A stretch of DNA of 64,000 bases. Source: Candidatus Omnitrophota bacterium (GTDB lineage: Bacteria > Omnitrophota > Omnitrophia > Omnitrophales > Aquincolibacteriaceae). The position numbers and the translations under genes were made by a program. Each line of letters starts with the position of its first letter. Positions within the stretch are counted from its first letter, which is position 1. Below the pieces are notes generated by a model. It was not told where the DNA came from, did not search any database, and saw only the letters and a program-made list of their open reading frames with translations. This document shows, in pieces, positions 20,001-27,251 of this stretch. The stretch lies in assembly GCA_035352955.1 (NCBI GenBank), contig DAOPYQ010000006.1, positions 90,456 to 154,455 on the forward strand, in the 5' to 3' direction.

Positions 20001-21995
20001 GCTCTGTCGGATATTACCGCGAGGAAGCGGATGGAGGGGGAGCTTGAAAAACACCGGAATCATCTTGAGGAGTTGGTCAAGGCGCGGACAAGTGCGCTGG
20101 AGCATGAGATCGGTGACCGCATCCACGCGGAAGAAAAACTCCGGGTGAGCGAAGCCCGGCTGCAACTTCAATTCCGGCGAATGCCGATCGGGTGTATCCT
20201 GTGGAATGCGGATTTCAGAGTTCTGATGTGGAATCCCGCAGCGGAGAAAATTTTTGGCTACTCCGCACATGAGGCTATTGGGAAACATCCATACGGGTGG
20301 ATCGTTTCCCAGGAGGCCTGGAAGCGTATCTCCCGGGACTGGAGCCATCTTCGTAAAGGGGAGATTACGGCGCATAGCGTGAATGAAAACCGTACAAAAA
20401 AAGGAGAAAAGATCCTTTGTAAGTGGACCAATACGCCACTTCGCGGGAGTGACGGAGAGGTGCTCGGCGTTCTTTCGATGGTGGAAGATGTTACCGCGCT
20501 TCACCTGGCCGAGGATCATCTCCGGGAAAGTGAACGCCGGTATCGGGCTCTTTTTGAGTCCGCGAAGGATGCGATTTTTCTGATGGAAGGAGATCGTTTT
20601 ATCGATTGCAATCCGACGACCCTCAAAATGTTCGGGTGCGACCGCAAAGAGATCCTTGGGACACGGCCTTACCAGTTTTCACCGGAACGTCAGCCGGATG
20701 GAGGCAGTTCGAAAGAAAAGGCTTTGGAGATGATCTCCGCCGCTTTTCAAGGGGTCCCGCAATTCTTTCAATGGCAGCACTGTCGTAGGGACGGGAGCTT
20801 ATTTGATGCCGAAGTGGGCTTGAATACGATGGAAATTTCCGGCAAAAAATATCTCCTGGCCATTGTTCGCGATATCACCGAACGCAAAAAGAGCGAAGAG
20901 GCTTTGAATGAGAATCGCCGGCAGCTGCGCCAGATCATCGATACGGTACCGCACATGATTTTTGCCAAGGATCGGGAGGGGCGGTTCCTTATCGTGAACC
21001 GGGCAGTCGGGTTGATGTATGGTAAGGATCCCCAGTCGTTGATCGGGAAGAGACGGCAGGACGTTCATCCGGTTTCGGCCGAAGCTCAGAAATTCCTGGA
21101 CGTTGACCGTGAAGTCTTGTCTTCGGGAAAACCGAGGTTGGTTGCCAATGAACCCTTTACTGACACAAAAGGAAGGCACCATATCCTACAAACGATCAAG
21201 ATTCCTTTTGCGATGGCGGGACTCAAGGAAAATGTGGTTCTCGGGGTTTCGGTGGATGTGACCGAGCAGAAGAAGATTGAGGAGTTTCGTAACGATATTA
21301 TCCGAACCGTTTCCCACGAACTCCGTACGCCCCTGTCGATCGAAAAGGGGGGGATCAGCCTTCTCCTCGACGGTTCGACAGGGCCGATCAATGAGGAGCA
21401 GAAAACAGTCCTGGAGTCGGTCATGAGGAACGTGGACCGTCTTGCCCGGATGATCGACAGTCTTTTGAATATTTCGAAGATCGAAGCCGGCAAAGTGGAG
21501 CTTAAGAAGAAGGTCGTGGATTTCCGGGATATTGTCCGGGAAGTAGCTTTTGAGTTTAAAATAAAGGCCGAAGAAAAAAATATTGCGATCGAACTGGATC
21601 TTTCCGAACAAAAAGTGGAGGCGTTGGCGGACGCGGACAAGATCGCCCAGGTCTTGAGCAATCTGATCGATAATGCCTTAAAATTTACGCGCCAGGGCAG
21701 TATTAAAATATCTCTCAGGAGATCGGACGGAGAGGTTGAGTGTAGTGTTCAAGATACCGGGGTCGGGATCGCTCCGGAAAATATGTCGAACCTATTCGAA
21801 AAGTTTCAGCAATTCGCGCATGCGGCGGGTCCCGGGGAGAAAGGGCTTGGCCTCGGACTTTCGATCGCGCGGGGGCTTGTGGATCTGCACGGCGGAAGGA
21901 TATGGGCGAAGAGCCGTCCGGGCGAGGGATTGCGGGTCACTTTTTCAATTCCGGTGGATGATGGCGGGGAGGAACCTGAACTTGAAAATCTGTAA
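17073..21995 (+). CDS. giant sensor histidine kinase: N-terminal PocR ligand-binding domain, ~9-10 tandem PAS/PAC domains, HisKA, HATPase_c
   Basis: Start at ATG 17073 (GAGGTGA RBS; the ORF-track start at 17031 is TTG). PocR-like Cys/GL-D-A-PI-GQV pattern at the N-terminus. Repeated PAS signatures (DITERK, W..RDITE..). HisKA box FRNDIIRTVSHELRTPLS. G1/G2 ATPase boxes. Confidence 0.8.
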   Translation: MKVDPSKHWVDGKYSIRELVDLGELRSLFQSFTDSMGFTIGFLSIPDLEILIATGWRDICTKYHRQCPLAMTRCRMSNDRLIRHLKRPGQIVIEGCENGLVDCATPIIIKGKKIAILATGQVLLKPPDMSYFKRQAKLFGCNGAAYLRAVKEVPVISEKKLKQATRFLGELAHMIIQMGHAGLAEKERAEALGQEIRRREGTEIVLKDTLDQLGALYDGMTDGIIVGDVKTKKLLKVNASACRMFGYSEKEILTKKVRDMHPQQHLKKVFSFFRSLTRKEKLVALDVPCKKRDGAVFFADVAGNKTRFEGRDCLVGFFRDATERKMAAESLRMSAKDWQSTFDAVTDAVWLLGLDGRVLRTNKAASRLFGKKSGEILGHRCCEMVHGTSQPPKECPMLRMRKTLRRESSEIRLEDRWLSITVDPTFDKAGVLNGAVHIVSDITDRKRLDLSLHESEERLRMVLDSSLDLIYRRNLKTGCYDYLSSAVRRHTGYAAHQLVGAKAGRSMFRRIHPEDLPRVRKALLAARFGREAQGILEYRFRHRNGRYRWFSDRFTVVKDETGRPLHWLGVSRDVTEHKKIAGALVESERRYRLLTENSSDVIWTMNLDGKFTYVSPTTYQLRGYTSEEVMRQPLDKQVAPGSLPLAIATLDQVLKKGRRGILVPRRVVDVEQLCKNGSTVWTEVSIELVRDKVNGVLFLLGVTRNITERKRTLEELEKYRGHLEEIVMSRTREVNDARNFLDKIINTMGNPVFVKDRKHRWVLLNDAYCKFMGYRREQLIGKSDRDFFSPGEAKVFWAKDEIVFRTGKANVNEEKFTDARGCTHTVLTKEVLYKEKSGQNYIVGIITDITERERTEHRIRENEEKIRRITNALPSVVYTYQMTPDGKQQLTFLSPQVRKLFGISQRSVLKDFYILWNRVVKEDRKPLYASIRKSFKALTPWEYDFRIITPTGIHKWIHGESVPERPLPDGHVIWHGALSDITARKRMEGELEKHRNHLEELVKARTSALEHEIGDRIHAEEKLRVSEARLQLQFRRMPIGCILWNADFRVLMWNPAAEKIFGYSAHEAIGKHPYGWIVSQEAWKRISRDWSHLRKGEITAHSVNENRTKKGEKILCKWTNTPLRGSDGEVLGVLSMVEDVTALHLAEDHLRESERRYRALFESAKDAIFLMEGDRFIDCNPTTLKMFGCDRKEILGTRPYQFSPERQPDGGSSKEKALEMISAAFQGVPQFFQWQHCRRDGSLFDAEVGLNTMEISGKKYLLAIVRDITERKKSEEALNENRRQLRQIIDTVPHMIFAKDREGRFLIVNRAVGLMYGKDPQSLIGKRRQDVHPVSAEAQKFLDVDREVLSSGKPRLVANEPFTDTKGRHHILQTIKIPFAMAGLKENVVLGVSVDVTEQKKIEEFRNDIIRTVSHELRTPLSIEKGGISLLLDGSTGPINEEQKTVLESVMRNVDRLARMIDSLLNISKIEAGKVELKKKVVDFRDIVREVAFEFKIKAEEKNIAIELDLSEQKVEALADADKIAQVLSNLIDNALKFTRQGSIKISLRRSDGEVECSVQDTGVGIAPENMSNLFEKFQQFAHAAGPGEKGLGLGLSIARGLVDLHGGRIWAKSRPGEGLRVTFSIPVDDGGEEPELENL

Positions 21996-22362
21996 AAAGA
22001 AAAAAATACTGTTTATTGAGGATGAACCGGACCAAGTGCTGATGGTTCGTTTGAGGCTTGAGAAAAGCGGTTATTACGTAATTACCGCCATGGACGGAGT
22101 GGCGGGTCTGAAGAAAGCGCTCCAAGAGAAGCCGGATCTCATTTTGCTGGACGTTATTATGCCCGGGATCGACGGGTTGGAAGTGTGCCGCCGTCTTCGC
22201 GCCGAGAGTACTATGGAAAAAGTGCCCGTGATTGTGACGACGGCGGCGGGGAGTGACGACATCGAGCACGCATGCGCAACGGCGGGAGCGGATGATTGTA
22301 TCCGTAAGCCCTACGAGGCATCCGGCCTTATCGACAAGGTTCGGCGGTTGATCGGGGAGTAG
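21958..22362 (+). CDS. CheY-like response regulator receiver (stand-alone)
   Basis: Start ATGATG at 21958/21961 overlaps the kinase stop (21995). KILFIEDE...D...LLDVIMPG..G...K receiver pattern. The ORF-track N-terminal extension is rejected. Confidence 0.8.
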   Translation: MMAGRNLNLKICKKKKILFIEDEPDQVLMVRLRLEKSGYYVITAMDGVAGLKKALQEKPDLILLDVIMPGIDGLEVCRRLRAESTMEKVPVIVTTAAGSDDIEHACATAGADDCIRKPYEASGLIDKVRRLIGE

Positions 22363-22474
22363 CCGGTTGCGTTTTTAGATTTAAAAATTTTGATTTGCCC
22401 GCGGTTTGTTCTTTCCCTGCGAAACGAATATTTCGTTTCGCTCTTAGTAACAGAGTGGCGTAAAATGGCGGGCT

Positions 22475-23227
22475 TTGACGAACGGATTTTTCGGGAAAGG
22501 GATTATTCTTATGAAATCAACGAATAGTAGACAGATTATCGATGCGCTGGCGAAGATCAGCGATGCGGTTACTTCGGACCTGTACCTGGAGGAGATCCTG
22601 AAGCTGATCGTGACCGTGACCGCCGAGACCATGCGCTCGAAAATATGTTCACTGATGCTGCTTGATAAATCCACGAACGAACTTGCCGTCAAGGCGACCC
22701 AGTCGGTCAGTGAGTTCTATAACAAGAAGCCCAACGCGAGGCTCGGAGAAGGGATCGCGGGGCGCGCGGCCCAGTCCGGAAAACCGATCACAGTGCTGGA
22801 TGTGCGGAAGGACAAGCGTTACCTCAATCAGGTGATCGCCAAGAAAGAGAATCTTTGTTCGCTTCTCAGCGTGCCGCTTGTTTTTAAAGGCGGGGTGATC
22901 GGGGTTTTGAATTGTTATACCGCCAAGTCTCATCGTTTCAGTCCGGGCGAGGTGCGCATTATCCGGTCGATCGCGAACCAGGCGGCGATCGTTATTGAGA
23001 ATTTCAGGTTGGTGGCTGAGTCGCAGGTGATCCAAGAAGAACTGGAATCCCGGAAGGCGATCGAGCGCGCCAAAGGCATCCTGATGAAAAGAGAGAATTT
23101 GAGCGAGCAGGGAGCCTATAAACTGATCCGGAAGTATAGTATGGACAAGCGCAAGAGTATGCGGGAAGTGTCGGAGGCGATCCTCCTGAACGCTGAAATG
23201 CAAAGATTCTCGTCCGGTAAAGAATAA
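22475..23227 (+). CDS. GAF domain + ANTAR domain RNA-binding antiterminator
   Basis: GAF core (residues ~15-170), then C-terminal ANTAR signature AIERAKGILMKRENLSEQGAYKLIRKYSMDKRKSMREVSEAIL. Alternative start ATG 22511. Confidence 0.8.
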   Translation: MTNGFFGKGIILMKSTNSRQIIDALAKISDAVTSDLYLEEILKLIVTVTAETMRSKICSLMLLDKSTNELAVKATQSVSEFYNKKPNARLGEGIAGRAAQSGKPITVLDVRKDKRYLNQVIAKKENLCSLLSVPLVFKGGVIGVLNCYTAKSHRFSPGEVRIIRSIANQAAIVIENFRLVAESQVIQEELESRKAIERAKGILMKRENLSEQGAYKLIRKYSMDKRKSMREVSEAILLNAEMQRFSSGKE

Positions 23228-23235
23228 GATCGGGA

Positions 23236-23263
23236 TTGAAGATCAGGGTACCTGTGCTATAAT
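23236..23263 (+). promoter_or_regulatory. sigma70-like promoter TTGAAG-16 nt-TATAAT for gdhA leader
   Basis: Read directly. Produces a ~220-nt leader before ATG 23485. Confidence 0.5.
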
Positions 23264-23345
23264 TTCGCCGCTGAACACAACGTGAGTGTTTGGCGGAAAG
23301 AAAGTGAAACGGTGTTCTGAGCAGAGCCCTCGTTTCTTTTCGATT

Positions 23346-23408
23346 CCGGAGTACGGGATAACGACATCCTTTTTGGCAGGAGCATTTGCCGAAAAGGATT
23401 TTTTTTTG
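23346..23408 (+). promoter_or_regulatory. gdhA leader attenuator: intrinsic terminator (12-bp stem ATCCTTTTTGGCA / TGCCGAAAAGGA plus 9 U) overlapped by ANTAR-type hairpin GGAU-AACGAC-AUCC
   Basis: Hexaloop AACGAC has A at position 1 and G at position 4 (ANTAR target consensus). Its 3' half is shared with the terminator 5' arm. Located downstream of the GAF-ANTAR gene. Confidence 0.55.
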
Positions 23409-23484
23409 GCAAAAACGTTCTGTCGCCGCGAACAAGGGACGGGGGGCTTTTGGATCCTCAAAACAGCAAAGAAGGGGTGCAACC

Positions 23485-24849
23485 ATGGTGAAAGCAGGAG
23501 AGAATTTGGTGGAAAAAGAGATCAACGCATTCATGAAAAAAGTGAGTGCCAGGAATTCCGGGGAAAAGGAATTCCTCCAGGCTGTCCGGGAGGTCGTGGA
23601 GTCCGTTACTCCTTTTATCGAAAAGAATCCCAAATACAAGAACGCGAAGATCCTCGAGAGAATGGTCGAGCCGGAGCGCGTGCTGATGTTCCGCGTTCCC
23701 TGGCTGGATGATAAGGGCGAAATTCAGGTCAATCGCGGGTTCCGTATCGAGATGAATAGCGCGATCGGTCCTTACAAGGGCGGTCTTCGTCTTCACCCGA
23801 GCGTGAACCTCGGCATTTTGAAGTTTTTGGCGTTCGAGCAGGTTTTCAAGAACAGTCTTACCACGCTGCCGATGGGCGGCGGGAAGGGCGGTTCGGATTT
23901 TGACCCCAAGGGGAAATCTGATAATGAAGTCATGAAGTTCTGCCAGAGTTTCATGACCGAATTGTCCCGTCATATCGGACCGGATACGGACGTTCCGGCC
24001 GGGGATATCGGCGTGGGCGGTCGCGAGATCGGGTTTATGTTCGGCCAGTACAAGAGACTGCGCAATGAGTTTACCGGCGTTTTGACGGGCAAGGCCCTGA
24101 ATTGGGGCGGCAGTCTGGTCCGTCCGGAAGCCACGGGGTACGGGTGCGTGTATTTCGTGCAGGAGATGCTGAAGACCCGGAAAATGACGTTTGCCGGGAA
24201 GGTTTGTGCGGTTTCCGGTTCCGGGAACGTTGCGCAATACACGGTCCAAAAATTGAACGAGCTTGGCGCAAAGGTCGTCACCTTGTCGGATTCCGAAGGT
24301 ACCATCGTCGACAAGAAGGGGATCGATGCGAAAAAGCTCAAGTTTGTGATGGAGCTCAAGAACGTCAGGCGCGGCCGTATCAAGGAATGCGTTGAGGCGT
24401 TCGGCTGTGAATACCTCCCGGGCCAGAAGCCCTGGAAGGTGAAGTGTGACGTTGCGTTCCCGAGCGCCACGCAAAACGAGATCAACGAAGCGGATGCGAA
24501 AGCCCTTGTAAAGAACGGCTGCATCGCGGTCGGGGAAGGCGCGAACATGCCGACCACGCCGGAAGGCATTGCGGTGTTCCAGAAGGCGAAGATCCTCTAT
24601 GCTCCCGGGAAAGCGGCGAATGCCGGCGGCGTGGCGACTTCGGGCCTGGAAATGAGCCAGAACAGCATGAGGCTCCGCTGGTCCCGCAAAGAGGTTGATG
24701 AGAAGCTGCATAGCATCATGATCTCGATCCACGAAAGCTGCGTGAAGTATGGCCAGGAAGACGGAGGGTACATCAACTACGTCAATGGTGCCAACATCGC
24801 GGGATTTGTGAAGGTCGCGGATGCGATGATCGACCAGGGGCTGGTTTAA
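23485..24849 (+). CDS. gdhA: NADP-specific glutamate dehydrogenase
   Basis: 454 aa from internal ATG. GDH motifs LPMGGGKGG and GVGGREIGFMFGQYKRL. Rossmann GSGNVAQY. Confidence 0.9.
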   Translation: MVKAGENLVEKEINAFMKKVSARNSGEKEFLQAVREVVESVTPFIEKNPKYKNAKILERMVEPERVLMFRVPWLDDKGEIQVNRGFRIEMNSAIGPYKGGLRLHPSVNLGILKFLAFEQVFKNSLTTLPMGGGKGGSDFDPKGKSDNEVMKFCQSFMTELSRHIGPDTDVPAGDIGVGGREIGFMFGQYKRLRNEFTGVLTGKALNWGGSLVRPEATGYGCVYFVQEMLKTRKMTFAGKVCAVSGSGNVAQYTVQKLNELGAKVVTLSDSEGTIVDKKGIDAKKLKFVMELKNVRRGRIKECVEAFGCEYLPGQKPWKVKCDVAFPSATQNEINEADAKALVKNGCIAVGEGANMPTTPEGIAVFQKAKILYAPGKAANAGGVATSGLEMSQNSMRLRWSRKEVDEKLHSIMISIHESCVKYGQEDGGYINYVNGANIAGFVKVADAMIDQGLV

Positions 24850-24865
24850 GCGTTAAACCCTGAAA

Positions 24866-24911
24866 GGGGTCAGATGCCATTTTAGGAAAAGGCGTCTGAC
24901 CCCTTTTATTT
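24866..24911 (+). terminator. rho-independent terminator after gdhA (GGGGTCAGA...TCTGACCCC + TTTTATTTT)
   Basis: 9-bp GC-rich stem, U-tract. A near-identical copy of this element occurs at 41802-41848. Confidence 0.7.
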
Positions 24912-24913
24912 TG

Positions 24914-24942
24914 TTGACAAATGATACCAATTCAGTATCATT
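24914..24942 (+). promoter_or_regulatory. promoter (TTGACA ... TATCAT) with embedded perfect 8-7-8 inverted repeat AATGATAC-N7-GTATCATT: candidate Rrf2 operator
   Basis: Palindrome 24920-24942 overlaps the -10 region. Rrf2 ATG at 24948, giving a near-leaderless transcript. Confidence 0.5.
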
Positions 24943-24947
24943 AAACC

Positions 24948-25367
24948 ATGAAACTCATCACAAGGAATACCGATTACGCAGTGCGCGCATTGTGCTACCT
25001 CGCGGGGCAGGGCTCAGCGGCCGTTTCCGTCACCGAGCTTGTCGCAAGACTTCGCATCCCTCGCCCGTTTTTAAGAAAGCTTCTCCAAACGCTCGGAGGC
25101 GAGGGGATTCTCCGCTCGACAAAAGGACAAGGCGGCGGATTTTCGCTAGCCAAGTCGCCGGAAAATATCCGTTTGACGGACCTGATCCGTATTTTTCAAG
25201 GCGGTATCCAGCTCAACGAATGTATTTTTAAAAGGAAAATTTGCCCCAACAGGGCCACCTGTGTCCTGAAGCGGGAGATCGACGGTATCGAGCAAAGCGC
25301 TTTGCAACGGCTCGAAAAGGTCAGCATTGCTTTGCTGATCAGGAAGGGGCGACACCATGATCAATAA
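24948..25367 (+). CDS. Rrf2-family transcriptional regulator (NsrR/IscR-like)
   Basis: 139 aa. N-terminal wHTH MKLITRNTDYAVRALCYLA, Cys cluster C..C.....C in the C-terminal half. Confidence 0.8.
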   Translation: MKLITRNTDYAVRALCYLAGQGSAAVSVTELVARLRIPRPFLRKLLQTLGGEGILRSTKGQGGGFSLAKSPENIRLTDLIRIFQGGIQLNECIFKRKICPNRATCVLKREIDGIEQSALQRLEKVSIALLIRKGRHHDQ

Positions 25368-27036
25368 GGAGGCGCGGTACAAAGGGCTTCCGCTGAGCCC
25401 TGGGGTGGCGTTTGCGAGGGTCTGCCTTTTTAATGAACGAAGGCACCAAAATCTTCCGGTGCGCGACGTGAGCGTCAAAGAAATTTCCAAAGAAAAAGAA
25501 CGTGTCCGGAAAGCCGTGTCGCTTGTCAAAGACCGGCTGGAGGAATTGATCGCGAGTGTCAAAGACAAAGTCGGACCCGCCGAGGCCGAGATCTTTGCGG
25601 CGCAAAAAATGATTCTGAAGGATCCGGCGCTTGAAAAGCTGATCGCGGAGCATATTGAGACCCGGAATTTTAACGCCGAAAAAGCGGTGATCAGCTCGCT
25701 CGATTTTTTTGAGTCGCAGCTCGCGAAGATGGACAACGAATACATCCGGGAGCGGGCCTCCGACATCGGGGAGGTGAAACGGAGGCTTCTGGATGTGCTC
25801 GCTAACCTGAACCCTTCCTTTCAGTGCGCGAGCGAATCTTTTTGCCAGAGGGGGAAGAACCGGATCGTGATCGCGGAAGAATTGACGCCGAGTTTGACGA
25901 TGGAGCTCAATACCGATTTTATTCGTGGGTTTGTGACCGAACGCGGCGGTGGCGCGTCCCATGCGGCGATCCTTGCTCGGGCGCTCAAGATCCCTGCTGT
26001 TAGCGGTATCCCGAATATCCATGATCGCATGTTTTGCGGGACCGATGTCCTGATTAATGGGGACACGGGGGAGGTGGTGCTGTGGCCGACCGAAAAGACT
26101 CTTTCCCAATATCCTGAACTGAAGTTGCCGCCGCCGGAGGTCCTCAAAGCGGAAAATCCGATCTCCGGACTCAAGGTCATGGCGAACCTTAATCGTGCCG
26201 CGAAAGTGCAGGAGGTCCTGGACCAGAAGGCGGAAGGGATCGGTCTTTATCGCACCGAGTTCGAGTTTTTTGCTGCCGGAAAGATCCTGAGCGAAGAAGA
26301 ACAGCTGGAACGTTACATAGCGGTTCTCAAAGCGATGCGGGGGAAGCCTGTTTATTTCAGGATGCTCGATATCGGAGGGGATAAGAACGCCGATTTTTTG
26401 AAATTGCCGACCGAGCGCAATCCGTATCTGGGGTTTCGTGGCAGCCGGTTTCTTCTGGGACACCGTAATCTTTTCAGGGCCCAGGCCCGTGCGCTGGCCA
26501 AAGCTTCGCAATACGGCCGCGTTTATGTGATGTATCCGATGGTGATCGATCTTGATCAGTTCCTGCAACTCAAGAAAGCCTTTTTGGAAGAGACGGCGGA
26601 CATTCCGTCGGGCGAGATCAAACATGGCATGATGTTCGAGGTTCCGTCGGCGTGCCTGGATGCCGAAGAGCTTTTCCGTCACGTCGATTTCGGCAGCATC
26701 GGAACGAACGATTTGATCCAGTATATGTTCGCGGTGGACCGTGATAATGAAGCGGTGGCCTACGATCATCACCCGGACCGCAAGGTGTTCTGGGCGCTTC
26801 TGCGTCATGTCGCTCACGCCGCCCGCAAACATCGCAAGCCCCTTTCGGTTTGCGGGGAACTTGCGGGGAATCCCGGGTACGCGCGCCGATTAGTGGGCGA
26901 GGGGATCCACACGGTGAGTGTGGCGGCAAGTATGATCACTGCGCTCCGTATCGCTCTCAAAAACAAGCCGGAACACCGAGAACCAAAATTGCCGCGAAAT
27001 GCGTTGCAAAACATTCGAAAGAAATCTAAAAGGTGA
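25357..27036 (+). CDS. PEP-utilizing enzyme of the PtsI/PtsP (enzyme I) family
   Basis: 559 aa. Phosphohistidine domain GGGASHAAILARALKIPAVSG. PEP-binding TIM barrel with GSIGTNDLIQY. Overlaps the Rrf2 gene by 11 nt. No HPr gene nearby. Confidence 0.7.
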   Translation: MINKEARYKGLPLSPGVAFARVCLFNERRHQNLPVRDVSVKEISKEKERVRKAVSLVKDRLEELIASVKDKVGPAEAEIFAAQKMILKDPALEKLIAEHIETRNFNAEKAVISSLDFFESQLAKMDNEYIRERASDIGEVKRRLLDVLANLNPSFQCASESFCQRGKNRIVIAEELTPSLTMELNTDFIRGFVTERGGGASHAAILARALKIPAVSGIPNIHDRMFCGTDVLINGDTGEVVLWPTEKTLSQYPELKLPPPEVLKAENPISGLKVMANLNRAAKVQEVLDQKAEGIGLYRTEFEFFAAGKILSEEEQLERYIAVLKAMRGKPVYFRMLDIGGDKNADFLKLPTERNPYLGFRGSRFLLGHRNLFRAQARALAKASQYGRVYVMYPMVIDLDQFLQLKKAFLEETADIPSGEIKHGMMFEVPSACLDAEELFRHVDFGSIGTNDLIQYMFAVDRDNEAVAYDHHPDRKVFWALLRHVAHAARKHRKPLSVCGELAGNPGYARRLVGEGIHTVSVAASMITALRIALKNKPEHREPKLPRNALQNIRKKSKR

Positions 27037-27251
27037 CGGAGAGCGTGCGTGAACTGGGGTTGTCCTTATCAGCTGGGAGATCGGTGCCAAAAATTGAAGA
27101 AACTTTGTCAGCCTGTTCAAAGAGGATGTGTGCTTTACGGAGAGGTCCAATGTCACCCTTCTCCGGGGGTAGCGTTGGAAAATGGTCACGTGATGAGTCA
27201 TTTTGAAAACAAACTGTCAAAGGCGGAAAAATCTAAAAGGGGGAAACGAAA

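Noticed and set aside
21736-21957. N-terminal extension of the response-regulator ORF
   Set aside because: Lies inside the kinase HATPase coding region. The receiver domain begins at the ATG at 21958/21961.
23458-24732. 424-aa minus-strand ORF antisense to gdhA
   Set aside because: Shadow of gdhA. No motifs and an Arg/His-rich composition.
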